Virus record (IMG/VR): IMGVR_UViG_3300031669_000035 | Location: 1 to 55,877 of that record | Reading direction: 5' to 3' (one strand) | From: a virus | Lineage: Duplodnaviria; Caudoviricetes | Length of the DNA: 55,877 bases | In this document: positions 1 to 11,021 of the stretch, one piece after another | Numbering within the stretch: the first letter of the stretch is position 1 | How the letters are laid out: the number at the start of each line of letters is the position of its first letter | Position numbers and translations under genes: made by a program | The notes under the pieces: generated by a model | Seen by the model: only the letters and a program-made list of their open reading frames with translations | The model's database searches: none | Told to the model about the DNA's origin: nothing

Positions 1-2
1 TT

Positions 3-3000
3 CTCTTCTGGCCCTTTTTTAGCTTTCTCTTTTTTTGGTTCAGCCTTTGGTTTTGCTTCACCCTCCGTCTTAACCTCTTTTACCGCACCTTTATCTTCTG
101 TCTTTTTAAAAGACTTTGCATGATCAGTTATTTCTCCTGCTATTTCATCAATATCTTCCTCCTGGAATTTATCTCCAAGAGAAGCTTTAAGCCTCTTTTT
201 AACCTCAGCAATAAGCTTCTGCCCCTGAAGACCTGTTTCTTCTACAATTCCTTCTGTAATCTTTTTTAAAGCATTGAAAGCTGATGGTTGGTTAAACATG
301 TTTGGAGCAATATTAGCTTTACCTCCAATAGCCTGTAGTAGTTCTTCAAATCCTTCAGCTATCTTTGCTTTGCCGATTATTGGTTTTGGTTCGGTTAATG
401 TTTTATCCTTTATAACATACTGTTCCTGCTTATTGCTTTTACCTTTCAACGGACCGTCAATGGTTATAAGTTTTACAACTTGAGCATCAGATTCGTTTAT
501 AGCTTTAATTTCAGCTTCACGATACTGTTTAGGAGTTAATCCTTTAGGGTTTATCTCTACAGTTTCTACTGTAGTTCCTTTAGGAATATTAAACTCTGCA
601 ACCCCATCTCCTTTATCAAACTTATCTGCAATAGTTTTATCTGTAGACCCGAATATACCTTCGGCTCCCTTATGAACATTTATCTCTTCACCAGATGGGC
701 CTTTCTTTCCTCCTTGTCCTTTGAATATTTTTATGTCCTCAGTTGTTGTTTCTGCTTTAGGTTTTTTAGTCTCTTTTGTTTCTAATACGGTTTCTTCACC
801 TTTGGTTTCTTTGGCTTTTGTTTCTTCGACATTTTCTTCAGTTTTTATAGCCTCTATCTCAGGCTTTGTTAATAAACCACTTGTTTCTAACGCTACAGAA
901 ACTTCAGGGGTCGGATTGTTTACATTAAGATTAACCTCGCCATCTTTTACAGATTTTACAAAGGCATCATCATTTAATCTATCGATAATTTCTGTTTCAG
1001 AAAAAAATTGGTCATTAACTTTATATTCAACACTACCTTCTTTTTCCTGTATAGAAACATTGTCAAGTTTAGTATCTAAATTTGTATCTTTCTGCTCTTC
1101 GAATACCATAGATATCTGACCATTAATAGCATCTATTTGAGTTTGTATTTCATCTCCTGCTTTTTGTGTAACAACATCATCAACAATAACATCCTTCTTG
1201 CTATCCATTAATTTCTTCTTATTGTAGACAAGATCAGCAAGTTCAATTCTTTTATCTTCGCTTATGTTTTTAGGTAATCCATCTACAACTTTCTTATATT
1301 CCGCTACCTTTTCAGTTACAGCTTCAAGCTCTCCTGGTTTCATTTTTTCAACAACCTCCGGCTTCGTTATGAATTCCTTGAATTTGTCTACATTGTTAGC
1401 AGCATTATATAAAGATTCAGACTCTAATCTATTTCCGCTTCTTATGCCTTTTGTAGAACCTATTCCAGACACTATAGATGTAAGTAATACCTGCTCTAAT
1501 ATCTCGTCCTGAGTAACCTCTAAATCGAAAGTGTCATCTTGATTCTTTTTATTAAACAAGTATTTCACACCCAAATCACCAGCAGTTTGCATTCCTTCCT
1601 GTATGTTTTCAGCAAGAACCTCTTTTGCCATAAACTTAGTCCCTTCTTTTATAGCTTTCTTCATGCTAACGCCATCTTTAACAGCTTCTACTACAAACTT
1701 AGTAAGTCCTTTTTTAGCTCCCTCACCGAAAATATAAGATTGTGGATTTATTAACTCTAAAGCTGAGGTTACTAATGAAGCTGAATTTGCAAAATTATTT
1801 GCTTCATCGTTAGACAACCCCAAAGATTTTGCTTCTTGATAATAATCATTTTGAGATAACGCAAATGAACTTGCTATCAATCCAGCTCCCTGAGATATTT
1901 TCTGAGATAATCCTGCTGATTCTAAAACAGAGCCTGCCGCACCTCCACCCCCAAGTAATGCATACATTTGAAATAATGTTTCTGATACTTTAGGGACAAG
2001 CTTCTCGGCTTTCAACTCTCCATTCTCTATTAACCCACCTTTTAAGTCTGTAGGAACCTTATATATGCTTCCTGCTTTCTCTGTATCAAAGAATCCTGTG
2101 GCCCAATCGGAAACAATTTCAGCCCCTCTTTCTGTTGCGTCATCATTAGATAACTGTTTAGCTTCGTTTGCTGCGAAATTTATAAGGTTTCCAACCATAT
2201 TAACAGAAGCTTTCCCTATAGGAGATACTACTTGATGGTATAATACATTTGCTCTTGCAGCGTCACCCTCAAATCCAAGAAGTAATGCTTTTGCTTTTGC
2301 TTGTTTATAATCTTCATCAACAGCTTCTTGAGCAAGTTTTTCATCGATAAGTTTTTTTCTGATTTCAGGATAATCATTAATAACATTTTTAAGCCTATTA
2401 TCAAGTCTTGATTTTTGACTCTCTAAAGCTTCTATATTGGATATGTCTTGGTCAGTTATATTATCAACACCTTTCGATATTATAGCATTCATTTTTGTAT
2501 CTATAATCTCACCCTGATGCAATAAAGCATCTTTCATGAAACTCATAGAGTTCTCACCTTTAAATGTAGTTGATTTTACCTGTAATTGTAAGTCTTTAAA
2601 TTTTTCAGGATCATTGTTGTATAAAAATGTAAGATAATCTTTTTTTACCTTGTCTGTATTTATGCCGAGTTCTACTGATTTTTGAAAGTCTTGCTCAGGA
2701 AATAATATTTTAGAATCAACATCAGCCTCCTCTTCGGTTTTACCACCTTGAATTAGCTCGTTTTTATACATATCTGCATTTGCAGTTTGTAAATTTTGAA
2801 GTATTCTTGGCGTATTAAAATCAGGAGTTACATCGAGTGGTTGTTGAGTCTCTGATTGCAATAGTAATTCACCCCTTGTTGGAGGAGGAACGATAGGAAC
2901 TTCGCCACCTGTTTTAACAGCTAAATCTTCTCCTGAAATAGCAAATGGAGTTTCAGTCTTTTGTAGTGCATCCGAAGTAGAACCTGCCAATTCTGATGTA

Positions 3001-3221
3001 GAACCAGCCGAATCCAACTGTGAAGGAGTATTCATAGTTGTAGATTCTACGCTTTGATTCAGTTGTGTCTGGTCTTTTTTTTTTAATAAAAAAGGATTGC
3101 CACCTTCTGAAATTTCAGTGGTAGATTCTATATTTGTTGTTTCGGTTGCTGGAGTAGAAACTATAGTTGCATCTTTTTTTGCTCCTAATACAAATGGATT
3201 GTTTTCGTTGTTTTCTGCCAT
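3..3221 (-). CDS. large virion/ejection protein, partial (runs off the left end; >1070 aa)
   Basis: Not in the ORF track because no stop falls in the window. ATG at 3221 (MAENNENNPFVLGAKK...), read by eye as open to the window edge. Helical, Gly/Ala-rich middle; follows two ejection-type genes. Confidence 0.7.
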   Translation of the reverse strand, partial: MAENNENNPFVLGAKKDATIVSTPATETTNIESTTEISEGGNPFLLKKKDQTQLNQSVESTTMNTPSQLDSAGSTSELAGSTSDALQKTETPFAISGEDLAVKTGGEVPIVPPPTRGELLLQSETQQPLDVTPDFNTPRILQNLQTANADMYKNELIQGGKTEEEADVDSKILFPEQDFQKSVELGINTDKVKKDYLTFLYNNDPEKFKDLQLQVKSTTFKGENSMSFMKDALLHQGEIIDTKMNAIISKGVDNITDQDISNIEALESQKSRLDNRLKNVINDYPEIRKKLIDEKLAQEAVDEDYKQAKAKALLLGFEGDAARANVLYHQVVSPIGKASVNMVGNLINFAANEAKQLSNDDATERGAEIVSDWATGFFDTEKAGSIYKVPTDLKGGLIENGELKAEKLVPKVSETLFQMYALLGGGGAAGSVLESAGLSQKISQGAGLIASSFALSQNDYYQEAKSLGLSNDEANNFANSASLVTSALELINPQSYIFGEGAKKGLTKFVVEAVKDGVSMKKAIKEGTKFMAKEVLAENIQEGMQTAGDLGVKYLFNKKNQDDTFDLEVTQDEILEQVLLTSIVSGIGSTKGIRSGNRLESESLYNAANNVDKFKEFITKPEVVEKMKPGELEAVTEKVAEYKKVVDGLPKNISEDKRIELADLVYNKKKLMDSKKDVIVDDVVTQKAGDEIQTQIDAINGQISMVFEEQKDTNLDTKLDNVSIQEKEGSVEYKVNDQFFSETEIIDRLNDDAFVKSVKDGEVNLNVNNPTPEVSVALETSGLLTKPEIEAIKTEENVEETKAKETKGEETVLETKETKKPKAETTTEDIKIFKGQGGKKGPSGEEINVHKGAEGIFGSTDKTIADKFDKGDGVAEFNIPKGTTVETVEINPKGLTPKQYREAEIKAINESDAQVVKLITIDGPLKGKSNKQEQYVIKDKTLTEPKPIIGKAKIAEGFEELLQAIGGKANIAPNMFNQPSAFNALKKITEGIVEETGLQGQKLIAEVKKRLKASLGDKFQEEDIDEIAGEITDHAKSFKKTEDKGAVKEVKTEGEAKPKAEPKKEKAKKGPEE

Positions 3222-3227
3222 GATTTA

Positions 3228-4979
3228 TTACCTCTTTCTTTGTGCTGATTCTTTTTTTCTTTTTGCTGACCCTAAAAATTGTTCTGAATTTATTATATCT
3301 CTGGCTTCATCATTAAGCACTATATCATTTCCTTCTTTAGATAACTCGTTAACAAACTCGTCAACATCTTCAAGTCCTGACTGATTAAATGCATCAAGGA
3401 ATTGACCTCTTACGTTTGAATTATCAACCAATAGCTTGTTTCTTTTAACTCCAGAAGACACATTATCAAAAGCATCAACTGAAAGCTTAGCATCTTTTGA
3501 TAAACCTCCTATAGACCCTTTAACATTATCGTAGTCAACAGTAACATCCTCGACAGACTCAACATCTTTACCTGTTGGTCCTTTTGTTTTTGTTGTTATT
3601 TGACCTCTTCCTACATTTCTTGTTATACCGTCAGCTCCTGTTATCGTACTGAATTCGACAACAGTAAAATCTGATATCCCTTTTCTGGTAGTAAGCTTAC
3701 CATCGTCCCCTAAGACAATTAAACCATCAATTTTAACAGGTTTGTCTTGTGTTGCTTTTGACACAGGTACTGATATTGATGTCTGGTATTGGTTTCCTCC
3801 AACATTCAAAATCTTTGGTTCTTTTGACACAGGAACATCTTCTATCTTGTTGTAGCCATCTCCTTGTTTAGGTTTGTTTTTAACGGTAGCCGTTCTTTTA
3901 TCAACTTTACCTTTAAGAGCCATTATTCTATCGAATATTTGGTCTTCAGTTATTTCTCTATTTCTAAATGAAGCATTTTGCTTAATAGCCTTAGCTTGTG
4001 CTCTTGCCCCTTTAGAAAAGTCTTCTTGATACCTTGTAGTCTGTAAATAGTTGTCACCCCTATCTATTGCACCTGCTGTTTGAAGTATTTCTCCTTCTAT
4101 ATTTTTTAAAGTCTCGTTGTCTTTAAAATACTGGTCAACAGATTGAGATGTTTGAAGTTCGTTTAATTTATCTCTAAAACTTGCAGCCCCGAAAGCATCA
4201 CCTCCTGTAAATTTACCGCTAAGGTTTTTAAATTCACTATGAAGCTTTAAGGTATCATCAGACACATATTGGTCTCCCTCTTCAATAGCTTTTTCTACTT
4301 CAGCATTTAAATCTACAACTTGGTCAACCTCTCCTGCTAATATTTCAAGATTGTCCATTTGCTGAGCAAATTCCCTACCTATTTTTGTAGATGGGCTCGT
4401 TAATGCAGCCATTGCAGCTTCCCTACTACCATATTGCTCTTCAGCTCTTTTTATAAAAATATCTGTAAAATCATTAGCTGTGCTAACTAAGTTTTGATTA
4501 AATCTTGGATCCTTCGATAATGCAGGTTTTTTTAATTTGAATCTACCTAAGTCTTCAGCTCTTTTTAATGCTGCTTTTTGCTGTGCCTCTCTACGTCTTT
4601 CAAGTGCTGCAAATGGAATGTAACCACCACCACCAACGTAAATACCTCTTGAACCTGTTAATTGACCTGAAGTACTACCTACCTGAAGAGGCTGGTTATA
4701 TCCTGGCATAAACATTTCATTAGTAGCACCTGCAATAGCCGGATCTTGACCTCCAAGAGGATTTATTTGATTTTGAATAAATTGAACGTCAGAATCTGGA
4801 GTCATACTGCCTGCTGGGGAATACTGACCTATAGTTGCATTGTCTATATTGTTTTCTACAGCATTTCCATTACTGTTTGGAGGCAAGATAAATTCATTAG
4901 GATTCAGCACTTCATCATTATTAGATGGTGCTGCAACATATTGATTCTCATTAATTAATGTCTCGTCTTGTAATGCCAT
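3228..4979 (-). CDS. putative internal virion (ejection) protein, 583 aa
   Basis: Position after tail genes; low-complexity N-terminus and helical core. Confidence 0.5.
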   Translation of the reverse strand: MALQDETLINENQYVAAPSNNDEVLNPNEFILPPNSNGNAVENNIDNATIGQYSPAGSMTPDSDVQFIQNQINPLGGQDPAIAGATNEMFMPGYNQPLQVGSTSGQLTGSRGIYVGGGGYIPFAALERRREAQQKAALKRAEDLGRFKLKKPALSKDPRFNQNLVSTANDFTDIFIKRAEEQYGSREAAMAALTSPSTKIGREFAQQMDNLEILAGEVDQVVDLNAEVEKAIEEGDQYVSDDTLKLHSEFKNLSGKFTGGDAFGAASFRDKLNELQTSQSVDQYFKDNETLKNIEGEILQTAGAIDRGDNYLQTTRYQEDFSKGARAQAKAIKQNASFRNREITEDQIFDRIMALKGKVDKRTATVKNKPKQGDGYNKIEDVPVSKEPKILNVGGNQYQTSISVPVSKATQDKPVKIDGLIVLGDDGKLTTRKGISDFTVVEFSTITGADGITRNVGRGQITTKTKGPTGKDVESVEDVTVDYDNVKGSIGGLSKDAKLSVDAFDNVSSGVKRNKLLVDNSNVRGQFLDAFNQSGLEDVDEFVNELSKEGNDIVLNDEARDIINSEQFLGSAKRKKESAQRKR

Positions 4980-4989
4980 TTCCTAATTG

Positions 4990-5766
4990 TTATAATTGAA
5001 ACCCATTTCCTAATTGCTGAAAACCTGGGTTGCCTCCGTTTGATATTCCTTGTTGAAATTGTCCTCCCATATCTCCTACTTGCAAAGGGGGAGCTACAGG
5101 TAATTGTGTTTGTCCAAGGCTATTCATTCCATCTATAGGAGATTGACCTACTCCAGGAACAGAACTTGCCCCATCGCCAACTTGACTATTACCACCACCA
5201 CCAATTAAAGCAGGCAGTGTAGCTATTGTTCCTGATATAGCTGTGTTTAACAACTTGTCTGACTGAGCATTTTTTGCTCTTGCAGTATCTTGAGTATTAA
5301 TTCCAAGCTCTAATTTTCTTTGTGCTATTCTATTTCCTAACTGAGATTGTAAGTTCTCAAAGAAAGGTAATCTTTGTTGAGATTGAGCAAAAGCACTGTT
5401 TATATTTTTGCCTGTATTCCTTTGTGCTCTTAAGAATCCAGAAAGTGTTGCACCAACATCACCACCAGTGAATTTACCAAGCTGTCCTTTTGTTGTTTCT
5501 CCTGTTTTCTTTATTTCAGATATGTTCATCTGAGTTAAAGGGTCTCTACCTTGTGATATTTGATCTCTTGTTTGCTGAATCTCTTTCATTCTTGCCACTT
5601 GAGCAGGGTCTGCCATTGGAACTTCAGGCTCACTCTGTCTTGCTTTCCCTATTAATCCACCAGCTATACCTCCAAGTCCAGCTCCAAGCTGAGCTCCTAA
5701 TGGACCGCCTACAGCCATTCCTATGCCTGTTCCTGCTAATGATCCTATTTGTGATTCTAAAGCCAT
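4990..5766 (-). CDS. putative ejection/pilot protein, 258 aa
   Basis: Gly/Ala-rich hydrophobic N-terminus (GSLAGTGIGMAVGGPLGAQLGAGLGG) and Q-rich helices typical of podovirus ejection proteins. Confidence 0.6.
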   Translation of the reverse strand: MALESQIGSLAGTGIGMAVGGPLGAQLGAGLGGIAGGLIGKARQSEPEVPMADPAQVARMKEIQQTRDQISQGRDPLTQMNISEIKKTGETTKGQLGKFTGGDVGATLSGFLRAQRNTGKNINSAFAQSQQRLPFFENLQSQLGNRIAQRKLELGINTQDTARAKNAQSDKLLNTAISGTIATLPALIGGGGNSQVGDGASSVPGVGQSPIDGMNSLGQTQLPVAPPLQVGDMGGQFQQGISNGGNPGFQQLGNGFQL

Positions 5767-5786
5767 AATTTATTCTGTTAGATTAG

Positions 5787-5794
5787 CAAATATA
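5787..5794 (-). promoter_or_regulatory. Bacteroidota sigma70 -7 box (TATATTTG)
   Basis: TAnnTTTG about 20 nt upstream of the 5766 start. Confidence 0.6.
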
Positions 5795-5807
5795 ACTATT
5801 TTTTTTA

Positions 5808-8800
5808 TTACTTAATAATCTTATATTGTATAGTTGTTGTTACAACCTTAAAATCTTCTGGTTTGTTATGTACAACTCTTACTATTAAGCATCTTTCTTG
5901 AACTCTATCTCTATTAGGTGATACAATAGCATCTTTTCTTCCTATGAATTGCTCCCATCCATCGTATTGCTTTAAGAATAGTGTTCCTTGTGTAAACTGA
6001 CTAAGAGAGCATAATAAAGTCATGTCTTGATCATAAAACTCTATTGATGTTGGTTTCATCTCCCCTCTAACTCCTGATTGAACTCCAATTCTTATAAACT
6101 CCTTTTCAAGAGATATATTACCTGGAGAAAAAGCTGTCGTTAATTCATAAATTATATTTGCATTATTTATTACATAACCCTTGTCAAGCTCAAAAGTCTG
6201 AAGATCTCTTGCTCCGAAAATTTTATTTTCAGACATGTAATACTTGTCAAATCTATAATCAAAAGACCCTTCCCATAAGGCATTCTCAGAGCCATAAACA
6301 AAAAGCTCTCTTGATTTATTGTTTGAATCCTCTATATCAATCCAGTATTCATTATTGTTTGGATTTATAAATCCAGAAAGCTTACCTCCGTAGCCAGGAG
6401 CTAATCCTTTTAAAAATGGACTCAATCTGCTTAGATATTTATTTCTACCAATATCTTTTATTTGATTGTCAGATAGTGAATATACAGATTGCCTATTTGG
6501 GAAGTATAAAACTTCAACTTCGACAGACCCTGTTTCTGTAGGCATACTTATAGTTCCTTCACCCATACCTCTCCACATCTCATCTGTAGAACCAATATTC
6601 TTACTCAACCAATACTCTCCTGAAATAAACTCATCTACATTTGTTGTGGTTAAGTCATTTGCATCTATATTTGAAAGTATAGCTTTTTTAGTAAGCAATA
6701 AGCATACTCCTTTATTTGTTATAGCATATAGATTTTCACCTTTACCTCCAGTTGTAGCGTCCCAAGCCTTTTTTATAGCTCCTTGGTCATCAGCAATGTC
6801 TATCCTATTTGTACTTGTGAATGTTTTTAATCCAGGAGAATCTTGCACATTTACAGCTCTTGGTAAGCTCCACACAACTGCAGTACAAAAATCATTATTT
6901 TCAGTAAACCCAAATTCAGGCTTACTAAAATATTGAATAGGACCATCGTAAGAATAATCAATATTCATATTTTGCTTGAACCTAAAACCACCATAATTGA
7001 ATATTGAAGACTCTCCAATGCCATAATCTTCAAAATATTCTGGATATACTGTTGTAGGTGGGTACCTATGAGGCCTCATTACGTAGTTTATCGTTGGGTA
7101 TGATTGATTATCTGGGTTTTGATTTGAGTTTTTAGCATAATTAACAGCGAGCCTTGTCTCTCCTGCAAACATAATAAGCAACTGTCTTATGTAGCTTAGC
7201 CTCATTGATGAATCTTGACCAACACCATTAAATCCTGAAGAAAAGTCTAATTTATTTACAGGCTCATAATATCTTGGGTTTGTATTGTATCTATCGAATG
7301 GGAAACCTGTATTTAATATGAATTGATTTGCAGGATTGAAATCATCAGGATCATCTGTAGTTCTATCTATTGGACAGAAAACATTCTCAGCAACAACACT
7401 ATCGCCTCCAAAAACCTGAATAGGTCTTCTATCATCATATCTTACAGTTATAAAATCATCTGCTGTCGGATAATAAGAAGGCACATTAAATTCTAATGTG
7501 AAATTCCTATTATTTGTATTTGTATGAGTGTATAATCCGACAACTTGAACTCCTGGTTCTGGAACATAAAATCCATTTGAAATAATATCATTAGTTATAT
7601 TTGTTATTTCCAAAGGTGTTTTATAGGTTACATTCATCCATGTTTTAGAAACACCTAAAGAGTCAACCATATAAACATAAGAAAAGAATCCAGCAAAAGA
7701 TCCTGATGGCGACAAATCAGGAATACAATCTTCCCATCTCTCATCAACAAGTTCAAATGATTGGTCTGGAGTTGAATCTCCAATACCTATTATGCTCTCT
7801 ATTTTTTGAAAATGACCTGTAGATTTATAATTTTCTACATTTTTATCTCTTATTTCAGCACCTGTGTTTATTATATTTATAATATAAAATGGTTCATGCC
7901 ACTGTCTTGTATTTGGATCATCAAAATCTTTTGTAATTGCCGTATCTCTAATATAAACATCCTCATCAAGCTCTAAATCTATAACGCTACTTCTTCCCTC
8001 TCCTCTTATTAGTGCTGATTTTAACTTTATCTCTTTGTTTCCGTTACCACCAAAAACACCACCTGAAGCAGGGTCTGCATTTCTATATTTATTATGTGCA
8101 ACATAATTTTTACCTCCAGAAGGAACTCCCATGCCGGCCCACTCACCACAATTAATCTGCCCCTCATCATGAAGCACCCTTGCATAGGTTATCATATCCA
8201 AGCTCCTGTCGTCTGTTAATCCTTTTTCAAAGCTATACACATTAGAAAAGAACCCTAATGGAGATACAAGCTGAACACTATAATCTTCTGGATTTGCAAC
8301 TATGTCATTTATTAATGAAGAATCTTGAAAAGCTAAATCTCCAGTATAAAACCAAAACTTATTCTTAGCTTTTGTCGGTAGTGCTGTTGTTATACCTAAA
8401 CCTCCAACAACCGGTGTTATTGCTCCAGGAGTTAATGAATAAACACCTATACCTTGAGCAAGAACTCTTTTTGCAGGATCTGTTCTTACTACTGAAAAAC
8501 CTTTAGACCATGTTGGTAGATTTTTAACACCACCGACAGCAAGCCCCATAGTATAGTAATTTGGTGCGTAAGCAAGTGGGTCATAATTGTCAAAAGCACC
8601 ACTACGATAAGCACCTATATTTATTCTGTACTCCTGCCCTCTTAAGTCTGTATCAGATTTTGATACTGGACGCATAGGCAAATACCCAAGCTCATTACAT
8701 TGAACCTGAGACCCAAATATAGGAGGTAGAGGGCAGAATGGTAGTGTAACTGCAGAAAGGGTCTTATTACCCTGTATAATTATATTTTTAAATGCACATA

Positions 8801-10217
8801 GGTCTGTTTTTCTTGTTGCATTCTCATTATCAAAAACCTCGAATGTTTGGTCTACAGAACCTGTAACTGTTGCTGTAGTTGGGGCACCTAAGTAAGAATA
8901 TGTTTTTGAATCAGTAGAAAGTGGGTCTCTTCTGTTTGGAAATTCATAATTCTTAAATCCAGGTATAGCTTTTGAAAAACTTGTATCAGCACCAGACCCA
9001 AATACAGTAACTGCAAACCCATATCTTTCTCCACCAATATATCTTTTATTATATGCGTGATTATAAGGGTCTTTAAATCCTGATTTAAATAGTTTTTTAA
9101 CAACAGGGATAGCGTTTTCTGTACCTATTTTTTCGAAAGTTATGTTATCAATATTTCTTGATTCGAAACCAACATTCATTAAAACAAGTCTTTTATCATG
9201 ATATCTTATTGCTTTAGCTCTATTTATTATAGCTAAATCATTTATTTCATCCTCCTCAGTTATTGCATCGTCAACATTTGAATCTACAGGGTCTATAAAT
9301 TCTCTTACAGATATCTCTCCATCCGATATATCTATTTTAGCAATAATAAAAGAATCTGGAGTTATTACGTTTGAAAGCTCTTGATTATAAGATTGCCTTC
9401 TTATTTCTAAGAAGTCAAAATTAGAAGAATTGTTTACTCTAAATTTTAACTTTATACCATAGTTAGATCCTGATAGAACATTAGAGTCACCACCAATAGT
9501 CATCGAGCCAGGATATACATTTCCTGATAAATCAAGGTTTTCCACAACAGGAATAGGAGGCGTGGAAGGAGTCCAGTTTGTTCTATCTCCGTCAACAGTT
9601 ACATATCTTAAAGAATAAACGTATGAGCCTATTGGTAGTCCATTACTACCACCAACATTAACAAGACTATCAAATACCGGTATATTTAAAGGGTTATCTA
9701 AATTTACAGTGTATAATGAAGGATTATAGTTTGAAAAATATTTATCAGGATTCGTAACCAACGAATCAATCATGTCTTGAATATTATAAATCAATGGAGG
9801 TGTGTTGTTGTCTGTTATAAAAACTTCACCACCAACACAACTTTCATTTTTATCTATTTGTAAAGGGAAATCAACTAAAAATGGTAATTTGTCAGACTTT
9901 GAAACTATTACTCCGTCAATAGTAATAATAGGATCCTCAACACCTGTTTTTTCAACCCAAACCTCAAATTTCTTATTATTTACAGATGCTGTCCCTATGC
10001 ATTCATATATTCCTGTAGCTACATTGGAATGTACTAATTGCTCTCCTTTTATCTTTTCTGCAGCAGCTCTCTCGCTTTTTATTGAAGAAACTCTTAAATT
10101 ACGCCCATCAAGATACTCGCCACTCTTAGAGCTTGCTCCAAGAATTTCTTTATCTACATCTTGATTCGCACCTCTATCATTAGAGCGTACTTCTTTTGGG
10201 TGGTTTTCTTGTTTCAT
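5808..10217 (-). CDS. tail stabilization/muzzle-like protein, 1469 aa
   Basis: Beta-rich, N-terminal GEYLDGRNLRV; follows three ring-size genes as in crAss-like tails. Confidence 0.6.
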   Translation of the reverse strand: MKQENHPKEVRSNDRGANQDVDKEILGASSKSGEYLDGRNLRVSSIKSERAAAEKIKGEQLVHSNVATGIYECIGTASVNNKKFEVWVEKTGVEDPIITIDGVIVSKSDKLPFLVDFPLQIDKNESCVGGEVFITDNNTPPLIYNIQDMIDSLVTNPDKYFSNYNPSLYTVNLDNPLNIPVFDSLVNVGGSNGLPIGSYVYSLRYVTVDGDRTNWTPSTPPIPVVENLDLSGNVYPGSMTIGGDSNVLSGSNYGIKLKFRVNNSSNFDFLEIRRQSYNQELSNVITPDSFIIAKIDISDGEISVREFIDPVDSNVDDAITEEDEINDLAIINRAKAIRYHDKRLVLMNVGFESRNIDNITFEKIGTENAIPVVKKLFKSGFKDPYNHAYNKRYIGGERYGFAVTVFGSGADTSFSKAIPGFKNYEFPNRRDPLSTDSKTYSYLGAPTTATVTGSVDQTFEVFDNENATRKTDLCAFKNIIIQGNKTLSAVTLPFCPLPPIFGSQVQCNELGYLPMRPVSKSDTDLRGQEYRINIGAYRSGAFDNYDPLAYAPNYYTMGLAVGGVKNLPTWSKGFSVVRTDPAKRVLAQGIGVYSLTPGAITPVVGGLGITTALPTKAKNKFWFYTGDLAFQDSSLINDIVANPEDYSVQLVSPLGFFSNVYSFEKGLTDDRSLDMITYARVLHDEGQINCGEWAGMGVPSGGKNYVAHNKYRNADPASGGVFGGNGNKEIKLKSALIRGEGRSSVIDLELDEDVYIRDTAITKDFDDPNTRQWHEPFYIINIINTGAEIRDKNVENYKSTGHFQKIESIIGIGDSTPDQSFELVDERWEDCIPDLSPSGSFAGFFSYVYMVDSLGVSKTWMNVTYKTPLEITNITNDIISNGFYVPEPGVQVVGLYTHTNTNNRNFTLEFNVPSYYPTADDFITVRYDDRRPIQVFGGDSVVAENVFCPIDRTTDDPDDFNPANQFILNTGFPFDRYNTNPRYYEPVNKLDFSSGFNGVGQDSSMRLSYIRQLLIMFAGETRLAVNYAKNSNQNPDNQSYPTINYVMRPHRYPPTTVYPEYFEDYGIGESSIFNYGGFRFKQNMNIDYSYDGPIQYFSKPEFGFTENNDFCTAVVWSLPRAVNVQDSPGLKTFTSTNRIDIADDQGAIKKAWDATTGGKGENLYAITNKGVCLLLTKKAILSNIDANDLTTTNVDEFISGEYWLSKNIGSTDEMWRGMGEGTISMPTETGSVEVEVLYFPNRQSVYSLSDNQIKDIGRNKYLSRLSPFLKGLAPGYGGKLSGFINPNNNEYWIDIEDSNNKSRELFVYGSENALWEGSFDYRFDKYYMSENKIFGARDLQTFELDKGYVINNANIIYELTTAFSPGNISLEKEFIRIGVQSGVRGEMKPTSIEFYDQDMTLLCSLSQFTQGTLFLKQYDGWEQFIGRKDAIVSPNRDRVQERCLIVRVVHNKPEDFKVVTTTIQYKIIK

Positions 10218-10220
10218 TTT

Positions 10221-11021
10221 TTAATAATCTAATCTACCTAAATATTCTTTCATATCTTCTCTCGCTTTCGAGTCCATCGATTTAGCTCTTAACTCAGCTT
10301 CAGCCCAAAGCCCTGTGTAAGGTCTTCTTAACTCTGAATTATTCATAGAATACAGTGTTTGCCACTTGTTAAATTCTGCCCCTTCAGACATAGCCATTTT
10401 AACTTTAAGAGCAGAGTCTAACACCCATGACTTTATGGCTTCCCTATAAAGCATTGGTATAAACGGAGTATCTCCTATGTTTCCTCCTGTTCCATTATAA
10501 ACTATAGCTACATTTTCAAAAGAAGGACAATTTGAACTAAGCATTATTAATCCATTCTGAATATTATAATAGTACAAATTATTTAAAGATGAATTTACAT
10601 TAGCTCTTCTTAATGAGTTATCTGGCATTCCATTTGAACCTAACAAAGTTCTGCTATCATAAAATGGATCCGTATTTTTCCATCTATCTCTTGCTAAATA
10701 CCCATTACCTCTTGTAAAGTAGTTTCTTTTCCAGTAGACATTTACAGCATTCGATATATCACATACAGGACCACTAAACAAATACATTTGTCTTATATTA
10801 AACATACCTAAAGGCATTTCTAAGCATAAGTTTTTTGGTACAGGAAATGTTTCTGTTTTTTCGTCAAAGAAAGTGTCAAAAGCAAGCTCTTGAAGTGCTT
10901 GCTGAATAAGAGACATATAGTAACCTTCTGAGTTATCTTTGAATGATTCATCACCAACAAATTTTAATACATCTGCTAAAATTTCTTTTGGTGAAACGCT
11001 GCTATGTTGAGATATATTCAT
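10221..11021 (-). CDS. putative tail ring/tube protein, 266 aa
   Basis: Size and position between capsid and muzzle genes. Confidence 0.5.
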   Translation of the reverse strand: MNISQHSSVSPKEILADVLKFVGDESFKDNSEGYYMSLIQQALQELAFDTFFDEKTETFPVPKNLCLEMPLGMFNIRQMYLFSGPVCDISNAVNVYWKRNYFTRGNGYLARDRWKNTDPFYDSRTLLGSNGMPDNSLRRANVNSSLNNLYYYNIQNGLIMLSSNCPSFENVAIVYNGTGGNIGDTPFIPMLYREAIKSWVLDSALKVKMAMSEGAEFNKWQTLYSMNNSELRRPYTGLWAEAELRAKSMDSKAREDMKEYLGRLDY